Positions 55,419 to 64,000 of a stretch of 64,000 nucleotides of DNA are shown piece after piece. The DNA comes from Promethearchaeota archaeon (GTDB lineage: Archaea > Asgardarchaeota > Lokiarchaeia > Sigyniarchaeales > SOKP01). A program made the position numbers and the translations under genes. The notes below the pieces were generated by a model that saw nothing but the letters and a program-made list of their open reading frames with translations, ran no database searches and was not told the origin of the DNA. Where the stretch lies: positions 18,874-82,873 of the forward strand of contig JAHPYZ010000010.1 of NCBI GenBank assembly GCA_019058425.1, in the 5' to 3' direction. The first letter of the stretch is position 1; each line of letters begins with the position of its first letter.

Positions 55419-56990
55419 GTGATAATTTTGGTAGGAAAATATATTCTGACACATGATTTGGGAACATCTGGGAATAAGGCTGCGTTATTCGATTTAAATT
55501 TAGATCTAATTTCTCAAACAAAGGAAATTTATCCTTTATATTATCCAAAACTAGGATGGGCGGAACAAAACCCAGATGATTATTGGAATGCTGTGAAAAA
55601 AGCGACTAACACGATTATCCAGCAGAGTAATATTGCTCCAGATGAAATTTTAGCATTAGTGTTTGATTGTCAAATGAACTGCACTATTCCAATTGATAAT
55701 GAGGGTAATGCATTAATGAAGACTATAAGTTGGTTAGACACACGTGCAGCTCAAATAACAAAGAAATTTTCAAAAGGTTTAATAAAAATATCTGGTTATG
55801 GTTTAAAAAAACTTTTAATGTTTCTTAAAATCACCGGCGGTGCTCCTGGATTCAATGGTAAAGATCCAATTTCCCATATTTTATGGATTAAAGAAAATCA
55901 ACCAGAACTATTTGAACAAGTTTATAAATTCTTAAGTGTAAAAGATTATATAATTTTTAAATGCACTAATAAAGCAGTAACTTCCAGAGATTTAGGAAAT
56001 ACTGCTTGGATGATGGACAGTAACCCTGGTCAATTTGATTGGTCTGAAAAAATCCTAAAAAAATTTAAAATTGATAAAATAAAATTACCTGAAGTAAAAA
56101 AATCTACAGAAGTCGCAGGTGAATTAACTAATAATGCTTCAAATAATTTAAATTTAAAACCGGGAATTCCTGTTTTAGTGGGCTCAGGCGATTTGACGTC
56201 AGCGGCAATAGGTTCGGGTGCAATTTTAGATAATAAACTAATTGTATGTTTAGGAACGGCAGATTGGGTTGCAGCTCATACTTCAAATAGAGTAAAAGAT
56301 CTCATTCATTATACTGGGTGCATAAGTTCTTCCCAAGAAAATTATTTATGTATTTCAAAACAAGAAACCGGAGCTACATGTCTTGATTGGATTGCAGAAA
56401 GAATGTTTGTAGGTGAGATGGAAAAATATAAAGAGAATCCTAGTGAATTATACGAATATTTAGATTCTCTTATTAAGGATGTTGATGTAGGCTCTAAAAG
56501 TCTAATTTTTACGCCATGGATGTTCGGAGAGAGAAGCCCAATAAATGATCCAAATGTAAGAGGTGGTTTCTATAATCTTAGTCTTGAGCACACAAGATAT
56601 GAAATTTTAAGATCAATCTATGAAGGAGTCGCTTTTAATATTAAATGGTCTTTAATGTATGTGGAAAAATTATTAGGAAAGACTGATGAGATCAATTGTA
56701 TTGGAGGAGGAGCAAAATCTGCTATTTGGTGTCAGATTCTAGCAGACATTCTAAATCGAAAAATAGTTCAAATGGAAAATTCCGATTTAGCTGCAGCGAA
56801 AGGTTCTGCAATAATCTCAATGGTTGGTCTAGGGAATTTAAAGAAATTTTCAGATGCTATCCCCATGATAAAAATCAAAAAAGTCTTTATACCTAACACA
56901 GATAATGAAAAAATGTATAATACACTCTTCAATGAATACATAAACATCTATAAAAGAAATAAAAAAATGTTTAAAAACTTAAATCTCTAA
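55419..56990 (+). CDS. FGGY-family carbohydrate kinase (xylulokinase/glycerol kinase-like)
   Basis: N-terminal HDLGTSGNKAALFD, WLDTRA, GSGDLTSAAIGSG and C-terminal GGGAKSAIWCQILADI. Confidence 0.85.
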   Translation: MIILVGKYILTHDLGTSGNKAALFDLNLDLISQTKEIYPLYYPKLGWAEQNPDDYWNAVKKATNTIIQQSNIAPDEILALVFDCQMNCTIPIDNEGNALMKTISWLDTRAAQITKKFSKGLIKISGYGLKKLLMFLKITGGAPGFNGKDPISHILWIKENQPELFEQVYKFLSVKDYIIFKCTNKAVTSRDLGNTAWMMDSNPGQFDWSEKILKKFKIDKIKLPEVKKSTEVAGELTNNASNNLNLKPGIPVLVGSGDLTSAAIGSGAILDNKLIVCLGTADWVAAHTSNRVKDLIHYTGCISSSQENYLCISKQETGATCLDWIAERMFVGEMEKYKENPSELYEYLDSLIKDVDVGSKSLIFTPWMFGERSPINDPNVRGGFYNLSLEHTRYEILRSIYEGVAFNIKWSLMYVEKLLGKTDEINCIGGGAKSAIWCQILADILNRKIVQMENSDLAAAKGSAIISMVGLGNLKKFSDAIPMIKIKKVFIPNTDNEKMYNTLFNEYINIYKRNKKMFKNLNL

Positions 56991-57099
56991 AATAAGATTT
57001 AAACATCGGTAAATCGTCTTTAATATCTTTTGCTTTTATAATATTTTTTTTAGACTGAATAATTTTTCTAATTGCGTCTTCTACAATTTCAAGATCCTC

Positions 57100-57978
57100 T
57101 TAAGCTCTAGGATTTTCGTTAACTTGTCTTTCAATATTACCCTTCCAAGGTTTTAATTTTGGTACAGATTCAATTTTTCTCAAATCCCAATTGATTTTAT
57201 CTTTGAATTCCTCTGTTAGAGGTTTTAGATTAATTTCATTCCATTTTTGAATAACCCATGGAGCATATTCATGCAATTTATCAAAGTCAAAATCTAAATC
57301 ATATCTCCATTCATATTGATGATCCCAATTTCCAATCGCTAAATAATTTTCATTATCTGATTTATCTGGAGGAAAATATTTCCAATTATTCCGGTTAATT
57401 GCTTCATCTCTAAAAGGTCTACCCTCAGCATATTGGAAAAAATAACCTGCTTTTTCAAAAATACCTTGGTTTTGTGAACTTTTTTTTAGGTAAATTTCAA
57501 TCTGGGTAATATCTACTTTGCTCTCTATTACTTCTTCTAAGAATATCTTAAATATTGCATTTTTTGCTTCATTTGGATGGCATTTTCCAGTAAAAATTGG
57601 ATAATAAATAAAACAATAGTATTCAGAGCCTTTATTTGTATTTTCTTTATAAATCTCAATCCAACACTCTAAAGGTTTAATATATACATTAGATTTAATG
57701 ATGTTGATTATTAACAATACATCTGAGATTACTCCGATAACTATAATTATTATAAAGAGTACTAAACTGAAAAATATAGTTGCAAGAAAATATGAAAGCG
57801 CAGTATAGATAAATAAAGCTCCAGCAATGAAAAAAAAAGCTATTAAAGAATTATATGCTTCGTGTTCCTTATCCTTTTTTGAATATAGTATTATTGGTGC
57901 GTTATTAATGATAATATCTTTCCCATATTCATTTACAAACTGTTGGAATTCAACCTTATTCCATTCAGCAAAAGACAT
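57100..57978 (-). CDS. hypothetical membrane protein
   Basis: 292 aa with two central TM helices and a Trp/Tyr-rich soluble C-terminal domain. I recognise no motif. Confidence 0.45.
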   Translation of the reverse strand: MSFAEWNKVEFQQFVNEYGKDIIINNAPIILYSKKDKEHEAYNSLIAFFFIAGALFIYTALSYFLATIFFSLVLFIIIIVIGVISDVLLIINIIKSNVYIKPLECWIEIYKENTNKGSEYYCFIYYPIFTGKCHPNEAKNAIFKIFLEEVIESKVDITQIEIYLKKSSQNQGIFEKAGYFFQYAEGRPFRDEAINRNNWKYFPPDKSDNENYLAIGNWDHQYEWRYDLDFDFDKLHEYAPWVIQKWNEINLKPLTEEFKDKINWDLRKIESVPKLKPWKGNIERQVNENPRA

Positions 57979-58134
57979 AGTAAATCAAACAATTTTGTGT
58001 TTATTTAAATTTGATTTGATCTGATTAAAATATTAGTGTTTTTTAATTTCTGATAATTGAGTAGAAAAATAATTAATCCTATACTCCATGTAATTTTTAA
58101 TTGAGATTGTACATTATAGATAATGACATAATTT

Positions 58135-60444
58135 ATGGTTGAATTTGAAGAATTTTTACACTTTATAACAACGCAAGATTATTATAATGATCAAATATAT
58201 CATATTGAACATATTCCAATTCAAAAAGCCCGTTTTGGGGCATTAGAACAACCAATTAGAAAACGCCTTCAACGCTGGTTAGAGACAAATAATATTAAAC
58301 TCTGGAAACATCAAGCAGAGGCTATCAATCAGATTCGTGATGGAAGGAATACGACAATTGTAACTTCCACGGCTTCAGGAAAATCTCTTTGTTATAACAT
58401 ACCTGTTTTGCAATCAATACTAGAAGAACCTAAAACAACGGCACTCTATGTTTTTCCTACGAAAGCATTAGCAAGGGATCAATATAATGTTTTGACGAGT
58501 ATGCTTGCCGATACAAATATCAAACAAAATAGGATTGGAGTATATGATGGGGATATTGAACCAAATGAAAAAAGATTCGTTTTAAATAATGCAAACATCA
58601 TTATCACTAATCCTTTTGGATTGCACTTTTATTTACCTTGGTTCAAAAAGAACTGGAGGAGAATCTGCCAAAATTTAAAATATATTGTACTAGATGAAAT
58701 TCATATCTATCGAGGGATTTTTGGATCTAACTTTGCACTTCTACTCAGAAGATTAAAAAGATTGCTTGATTCTTATAGTGTAAAACCTCAATGGATTTTA
58801 TCGAGTGCCACAATATATAATCCTAAACAATTTTGTGAAAAATTGGTGGGTGAAGAGTTTGTGGTTGTGGATAGAGATGATTCTCCCTCAGGTGCAAAGA
58901 AAGTAATTTTATGGGATTTACCTTATGATGAGATTTCTAATAAATATCATTCCGCTCATCAGGAAACAAAAAATCTATTTGTTAGCCATTTAAAACAAGG
59001 AATCCAAACATTAACATTTACCCTCTCAAGGAAAATGGCTGAACTTCAAGCAATATGGACAAGGAATACTTTACCTACATTAAAAGATAAAATCTTCAGT
59101 TATCGAGCAGGTATCAGTAAAAATAAAAGAAGGGAAATTGAATTGAATTTTAAACAGAAGAAAATCATAGGAATAAGCTCTACTAATGCACTTGAATTGG
59201 GAATTGACATAGGCACTTTAGATGCCACAATTAGCTCAGGATTCCCTTCAACAATATCAAGTTTCAGACAACAAATTGGACGTTCTGGAAGAGGTACTGG
59301 TCTATCCATATCAACTCTTATACCTATGCAGAATCCTTTAGATCTTTTCTATATACATAATCCTGATAAGCTATTTGGACAAATCCAAGAGGAAGTACTT
59401 ATCACTCTAAACAATAAATACATATTAAAAAATCATATTTGTTGCGCAAGTAAAGAAAGTCCTTTAATAATTGAGGATTTTAATAAATTTGGAGTTCAAG
59501 ATAAGAATCTATTCTTAGAGTGTTTAGAAGAATTAGTCACAGAATCTTTATTAATGAAAAGAGGAAATCGCTATTATTGGAATAGTGATTTTTTCCCAAA
59601 TGAAAAATATGGGTTAAATGATCTTTCAAATCGGAGTTTTAAAGTCATATTAAGAACCGATTCAGGTGAAGAACTTTTGACTATTGAAGATGAATGTTAT
59701 GTATTCAGGGACTTGCACCAAGGTGCTGTCTACCTTTATGAAGCAGAAACCTATTTGGTTGAAGAACTTGATTTAAATGAAAGATTTGTCTATTTAAAAA
59801 GATCAGATGTGGACTATTATACACAATCATTAAAACATACTAATATTACCGTTTTTGGAATAATTTCAGAAAACTTAATAGGACCAAACAACGATATCGA
59901 AGCATTTTTTGGAAATGTGAAAGTAGAACATGAATATTACTCTTATAAAACCATTAATACATTAACTCAAGAGATACGCTCAAGGCATCAATTAGAAGAT
60001 ATTCCTATAATAGAATTTGAAACTCAAGCTGTTTGGTTTTTAATTCCTTTTGAATATCAAAAAGAATTGGAAATAGAAGGATTTGATCTCGGAGGTACTA
60101 TCCACGCAATAGAACATGCTATGATTGCGATGGCACCAACTTTAGCTCAAATCTCTAGATGGGATTTAGGAGGAGTATCAATAGATTTTGATCCTGTAAA
60201 ATTACAACCCATTATTTATATATATGATGCCTATAGAGGTGGAATAGGGATATCTGAAGCATTGTTTTTAAATTTATATGAATTACTAGAAATAACTTAT
60301 AGATTGTTGGATTCTTGCAGCTGTAAAACTCCTGATGGCTGTCCTTGCTGTTGTCTTAGCCCTAAATGTGGCAATAATAATGAACCATTAGACAAAGAAG
60401 GAGCGAAATTCATACTTAACAAACTAATTAAAAATAAGAAGTAA
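58135..60444 (+). CDS. DEAD/DEAH-box helicase with C-terminal DUF1998 (MrfA/YprA/Hrq1-like)
   Basis: Motif I TSTASGKSL, motif II VLDEIHIY, motif VI QQIGRSGRG. The C-terminal part has HAIEHAMI and a four-Cys cluster CSCKTPDGCPCCCLSPKCGNNNEPLDK. Confidence 0.85.
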   Translation: MVEFEEFLHFITTQDYYNDQIYHIEHIPIQKARFGALEQPIRKRLQRWLETNNIKLWKHQAEAINQIRDGRNTTIVTSTASGKSLCYNIPVLQSILEEPKTTALYVFPTKALARDQYNVLTSMLADTNIKQNRIGVYDGDIEPNEKRFVLNNANIIITNPFGLHFYLPWFKKNWRRICQNLKYIVLDEIHIYRGIFGSNFALLLRRLKRLLDSYSVKPQWILSSATIYNPKQFCEKLVGEEFVVVDRDDSPSGAKKVILWDLPYDEISNKYHSAHQETKNLFVSHLKQGIQTLTFTLSRKMAELQAIWTRNTLPTLKDKIFSYRAGISKNKRREIELNFKQKKIIGISSTNALELGIDIGTLDATISSGFPSTISSFRQQIGRSGRGTGLSISTLIPMQNPLDLFYIHNPDKLFGQIQEEVLITLNNKYILKNHICCASKESPLIIEDFNKFGVQDKNLFLECLEELVTESLLMKRGNRYYWNSDFFPNEKYGLNDLSNRSFKVILRTDSGEELLTIEDECYVFRDLHQGAVYLYEAETYLVEELDLNERFVYLKRSDVDYYTQSLKHTNITVFGIISENLIGPNNDIEAFFGNVKVEHEYYSYKTINTLTQEIRSRHQLEDIPIIEFETQAVWFLIPFEYQKELEIEGFDLGGTIHAIEHAMIAMAPTLAQISRWDLGGVSIDFDPVKLQPIIYIYDAYRGGIGISEALFLNLYELLEITYRLLDSCSCKTPDGCPCCCLSPKCGNNNEPLDKEGAKFILNKLIKNKK

Positions 60445-60602
60445 GAAGCAAAGAACAATAGCAGGAAGATCAAAGTAATTGGAAATTCTTAGAAATTTGA
60501 ATTTAATGTAAAATATTTAAAGGTCAAAAGTATATTTATACATAACACCAGTAAAAAACCTATTGAATTGGGTATTAAAACCAAAATTTTTGGGTATTTG
60601 GG

Positions 60603-61130
60603 TTGTCATATACTTCCACATTTAAGATTGTCATTTTTGGTGATTCTCAGACAGGAAAAACTACTCTAACTCATAGATTTTTAACTAATCTTTTTAAGCA
60701 AGATATCACTATGACCTTAGGTGTGGATTTTCACCTTAAACCTATTGAAATAGATGGGGAAATGATAAAGCTCCAGATTTGGGATTTTGCAGGGGAAGAA
60801 CGCTTTAGATTCCTCTTTCCTTCTTATATTAGAGGTGCTAACGGAGCAGTTTTTATGTATGATATTACAAATTATGGTTCAATCGCACATGTAGATGACT
60901 GGTTTGAAATCGTAGAAAAAGAGATTAATTATAATTTACCAATTATTTTTGTTGGTGGAAAAACTGATTTAATACATTTGAAAGAAGTCTCCACAAAAAA
61001 AGCAATGAATTTAGCAATAAATAAAGGAGCAGACGGTTTTATAGAGTGTAGTTCTAAAACTGGTGAAAATGTACATAAAATCTTTAACCTTCTTACAAAA
61101 CTTATTCTTAAAAAAAGAGACTCGAAGTGA
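60603..61130 (+). CDS. Ras-superfamily small GTPase (Rab/Arf-related, Asgard-type)
   Basis: G1 GDSQTGKT, G2 TLGVDF, G3 WDFAGEERF, G4 GGKTD and G5 CSSKTG. TTG start. There is no C-terminal Cys prenylation motif. Confidence 0.85.
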   Translation: MSYTSTFKIVIFGDSQTGKTTLTHRFLTNLFKQDITMTLGVDFHLKPIEIDGEMIKLQIWDFAGEERFRFLFPSYIRGANGAVFMYDITNYGSIAHVDDWFEIVEKEINYNLPIIFVGGKTDLIHLKEVSTKKAMNLAINKGADGFIECSSKTGENVHKIFNLLTKLILKKRDSK

Positions 61131-61142
61131 ACTATCCTTTAT

Positions 61143-62975
61143 TTAGAAGTCAAGATTCAAAGCACTAAGTTTTTTTGCTTCAGGTAATCCAGTAATAGGA
61201 TTCCACATTCTATATCTATAAAATAAATCTTTTAATTTATTAAAATTAGGGAATCTTCCTGCAGATCCTCCAACTTCTAATGGGTTTAATAAAATTTGAG
61301 GTATTCTATCATCTGAAGGTTTTAATCCCATTTTAACATTAAACATTCTTTTCATATTAGCAATCCTCTCCCCATATATTTTAACTTCTTCAAGTCCAAA
61401 GTTTAAACCTGTAGCATTTTGGATAATATCAGCGTTTTGAGATGGTAAAGGATTACAAAAAGAACACATTATCATTGAACTATACAGGGCTCTATAATCC
61501 ATCAATATAGAACAACATTCTGCCATTTCCTCATCATCCTTATAAGTGTCAATTTGCTTAATACCAATTTCTTCTAATGGAATTCCCATCAATACATAAT
61601 AAGTATCACAAGCATTATGAGAAGGACCACGGGAGCCGATACCATAGGCAATTGACATACCATAGTTAGAGCGACTGTCGTGGTATGTAACTTCCAAATT
61701 ATCAACTGTAGCAATTTCCTCTTTATTAATATTAAATTTCTCAGCAAAGCTATTTGATCCTTCAGCAAGGATATTACCAAGTCCTTCTCTTCTAATTGTT
61801 TTTTCTAATAACTGCTCAACTTTACCTAATTCTCCCCAATCTAGAGTTAATCCATCAGTATCTTCTGTATTTATGTTACCCAAGTTGTAGTGATGAATAA
61901 CACTAGCAATAACTCCACTCGTACTAATTGTATCAATTCCGAAGTCATTACACTTTTTATTTAAAAAGGCTATAGATTCTAAGTCATCATTTAAGATTAA
62001 ACTACCAAATCCGCAAATGGTTTCATATTCAGGACCTTTTATTTGTTCTGTTTTGTATTTTCCATTTTTAATTTCTATTTTCCTACCACATCCTATTACA
62101 CATGAATGGCAAAAATCTTGTTTAACTAAGATAGTTTCAGCCATAGTTACTCCTGAAATATTTCCTGCCTTTTCCCAATTAGATATCGTATGATATTTCA
62201 CAGGTAACTCGCCCGTAACATTATACATATCAAGAGCTGCAGCAGTTCCATACATACCCAACATTTGGGTCGCAAATGAGGATTTTACATAATCTCTAGC
62301 GATTTTTATCGCTTTGTCTAATTTTTCCTTATTTGCTACATTAATATTTAGATTGGAACCCTTAGCAATGATGGCTTTTAATTTTTTTGAACCAAATATA
62401 GCTCCCATTCCTGTTCTACCTGCTGCTCTTTGCTCAGAAATTATATTTGCATATTTCACAAGATTTTCTCCTGCTATTCCTATACAAGCAACTTTTCCTT
62501 TATTATCTCCAAAGACATCCTTAAGTTTTTTAGTTGTATGAAATGTTCCTCTTCCCCATATAAACTCTGCATTATTAATTTGAATATCATTATCCCTTAT
62601 TTCGATATAAACAGGTTTTTCTGAAGCCCCAATTATTTCTATCCCATCATATCCTGCCTTTTTCACCTCTGCCCCAAACCAACTCCCACAATTTGATTCC
62701 CCCCAAATTCCTGTTAATGGTGATTTAGAACATGCAACCCATCTTCCAGTGTTTGGAGCAAAAGTTCCATTGAGTGGCCCTGTCATTATCATTAAAATAT
62801 TCTCCGGAGAGAGAGGATCTGTATTTTGGTCTAATTTATCATATAGATAATGACAAGCATAACCTGCTCCACCCAAGAAATCTTTTGCTATTTCTTCATT
62901 TAAGGGTTTAACGGAAATTTTTTTATTTGTTAGATCAATTTTGAGTATCTTTCCTCTAAAAGAATATAAAATCAT
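61143..62975 (-). CDS. aor: tungsten-containing aldehyde:ferredoxin oxidoreductase
   Basis: The ~610-aa length, the N-terminal GKILKIDLTNKKISVKPL...FLGGAGYA and the internal Cys-containing cluster region (CHSCVIGCG) are characteristic of the AOR family. Confidence 0.85.
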   Translation of the reverse strand: MILYSFRGKILKIDLTNKKISVKPLNEEIAKDFLGGAGYACHYLYDKLDQNTDPLSPENILMIMTGPLNGTFAPNTGRWVACSKSPLTGIWGESNCGSWFGAEVKKAGYDGIEIIGASEKPVYIEIRDNDIQINNAEFIWGRGTFHTTKKLKDVFGDNKGKVACIGIAGENLVKYANIISEQRAAGRTGMGAIFGSKKLKAIIAKGSNLNINVANKEKLDKAIKIARDYVKSSFATQMLGMYGTAAALDMYNVTGELPVKYHTISNWEKAGNISGVTMAETILVKQDFCHSCVIGCGRKIEIKNGKYKTEQIKGPEYETICGFGSLILNDDLESIAFLNKKCNDFGIDTISTSGVIASVIHHYNLGNINTEDTDGLTLDWGELGKVEQLLEKTIRREGLGNILAEGSNSFAEKFNINKEEIATVDNLEVTYHDSRSNYGMSIAYGIGSRGPSHNACDTYYVLMGIPLEEIGIKQIDTYKDDEEMAECCSILMDYRALYSSMIMCSFCNPLPSQNADIIQNATGLNFGLEEVKIYGERIANMKRMFNVKMGLKPSDDRIPQILLNPLEVGGSAGRFPNFNKLKDLFYRYRMWNPITGLPEAKKLSALNLDF

Positions 62976-63110
62976 GGAGCACCTATTTGAGTTATTAAAA
63001 ATTCTCTTTAGTAATAAAAATCCATTTTTTATTTATTTTTCTTTTCAATTTATATGGTTTTATGAGTCATTAAAATAACTTTTTTAAACCAAGTAATTTC
63101 AATAATTAAT

Positions 63111-63617
63111 ATGAACTTAATAAGCGATTTAAGATTGAATGATCTAATCTCTCCAACAATGACTCCTGATGAATACTTAAAGATTTACAGAGACAAGATT
63201 ATAAATGTCTATGAAAGTTATGAACCTAAATCATCGGTCATTGGGAAAATTAAAGAGATTCTTACAAATAAACAAGAAAAATTAAAAATTGTTGCTCTAG
63301 GTGCTGACTGGTGTCCTGATTGTTCAAAAAATATACCCCGAATGATAAAATTAATAAAAGACTTTAAAGTTGAAAAGTTCAGTTTAAATATTCTATATGG
63401 TATAATGGTGAATGCTTTACATAAACCGGGAGAAATAATCTGGCATAAAAAACGTTCCCCACCAGAAGCAACCGATCCGAAATTTGATCTCAAAGCTATT
63501 CCCACTTTTTACTTCTTTAACAATGCTGGTGAACACATTGGGGTTATAGTAGAACATCCAAAGTGGAAATCAACTTTAGAAGAAGAAATTTTAGAGATAT
63601 TAGAAAGAAACTTATAA
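63111..63617 (+). CDS. thioredoxin-fold protein
   Basis: The WCPDC (CxxC) motif in the context VALGADWCPDCSKNIP, and a downstream cis-Pro-like IPTFYFF. Confidence 0.6.
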   Translation: MNLISDLRLNDLISPTMTPDEYLKIYRDKIINVYESYEPKSSVIGKIKEILTNKQEKLKIVALGADWCPDCSKNIPRMIKLIKDFKVEKFSLNILYGIMVNALHKPGEIIWHKKRSPPEATDPKFDLKAIPTFYFFNNAGEHIGVIVEHPKWKSTLEEEILEILERNL

Positions 63618-63691
63618 TTGGTAAACATTATCAATAGGATTTATTTCTAAAATCATCAAAATTTATATTTTTAAGAAATTATAATAATTTT

Positions 63692-64000
63692 ATGTCAAAA
63701 TTAAATGTAAAAAGAGTTATTATATTTAAACACGGAGTATCCTATTACATTCTCGAAGGTATCCTAAAGGGATCTGGTAATTTTGAAATTGAATTCAAAA
63801 TTGATGAGATGAATGATGTTTTAAAATCACTTTTTGTATTGGATACAAGTAAAAATGGGTATATCTCATCGATATCTTATGATGCTGCTTTAGAAACTAG
63901 CCAATTACTAAGATCTATTATGTTAAACATTCCCGATCGTGATTCTTTTTCTTCTCTTGTCACACAGATAAAAGGTGCTGATGTGGTTTTAACTGTTGGT
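63692..64000 (+). CDS. hypothetical protein, 5' partial (runs off the window)
   Basis: My own translation from the ATG at 63692 is MSKLNVKRVIIFKHGVSYYILEG..., and the frame stays open to the window end. Confidence 0.4.
   Translation, partial: MSKLNVKRVIIFKHGVSYYILEGILKGSGNFEIEFKIDEMNDVLKSLFVLDTSKNGYISSISYDAALETSQLLRSIMLNIPDRDSFSSLVTQIKGADVVLTVG

Noticed and set aside
56976-57099. In-frame 41-codon extension after the TAA stop of the minus-strand gene 57100-57978 (EDLEIVEDAIRKIIQSKKNIIKAKDIKDDLPMFKSYFRDLSF). I considered stop-codon readthrough or a nonsense mutation.
   Set aside because: In ~30% GC DNA, I estimate about 3% odds of a 41-codon open stretch arising by chance, which is not compelling. 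The extension overlaps the 3' end of the convergent sugar-kinase gene and has no recognisable motif.
58135-61130. The DEAD/DUF1998 helicase as part of a DISARM-like (DrmA/DrmB) defence system.
   Set aside because: The helicase and DUF1998 are fused in one polypeptide, as in the repair helicase MrfA/YprA/Hrq1 type. No PLD nuclease, methyltransferase or other Drm partner is adjacent. The neighbours are a small GTPase and an uncharacterised membrane protein.

Overview
This window is an AT-rich (roughly 30% GC judged by eye) archaeal chromosomal segment with about 55 protein genes and one intron-containing tRNA. The gene content suggests an Asgard (Lokiarchaeia-like) archaeon, but that is inference only. 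The supporting genes are CDC48/VCP, archaemetzincin, tungsten aldehyde:ferredoxin oxidoreductase, a CdhD-like subunit, frequent TTG/GTG starts, oligo-T terminators, a Ras/Rab-like small GTPase and a tRNA with a non-canonical intron. Most of the window is housekeeping: two flavoprotein disulfide reductases, a GH2 glycosidase, an ABC-2 exporter, a multi-PAS histidine kinase, a dapA-dapB / lysA-dapF lysine cluster, an acyl-CoA ligase, a TusA/DsrE pair with a LysR regulator, an FGGY sugar kinase and a DEAD/DUF1998 helicase. The stand-out region is 22.4-35.0 kb. There a polyferredoxin gene is split into a 5' half (22517-22990) and a 3' half (34550-35032) by about 11.5 kb of cargo. The cargo carries its own intact paralogue (30142-31218) and two accessory modules. 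Module (i), 23586-29978, holds a Ser/Thr-kinase fused to a SAMHD1-like HD dNTP triphosphohydrolase, a nucleoside 2-deoxyribosyltransferase/DNPH1-family gene, a small Zn-ribbon ORF, and a 796-aa protein with TFIIB-like cyclin-box motifs and a complete RecB/Cas4-type PD-(D/E)xK nuclease signature. Module (ii), 31366-34309, holds a signal-peptide-less, GC-enriched S8 subtilase with an Ada-like Zn tail, next to a free-standing copy of its own N-terminal pro-domain. I regard module (i) as the best candidate for an undescribed nucleotide-depletion/nuclease immune system. I saw no CRISPR array, rRNA, integrase or transposase. All functional calls come from recognising motifs by eye in the supplied translations. 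No database search was run, and GC statements are hand counts over a few lines.
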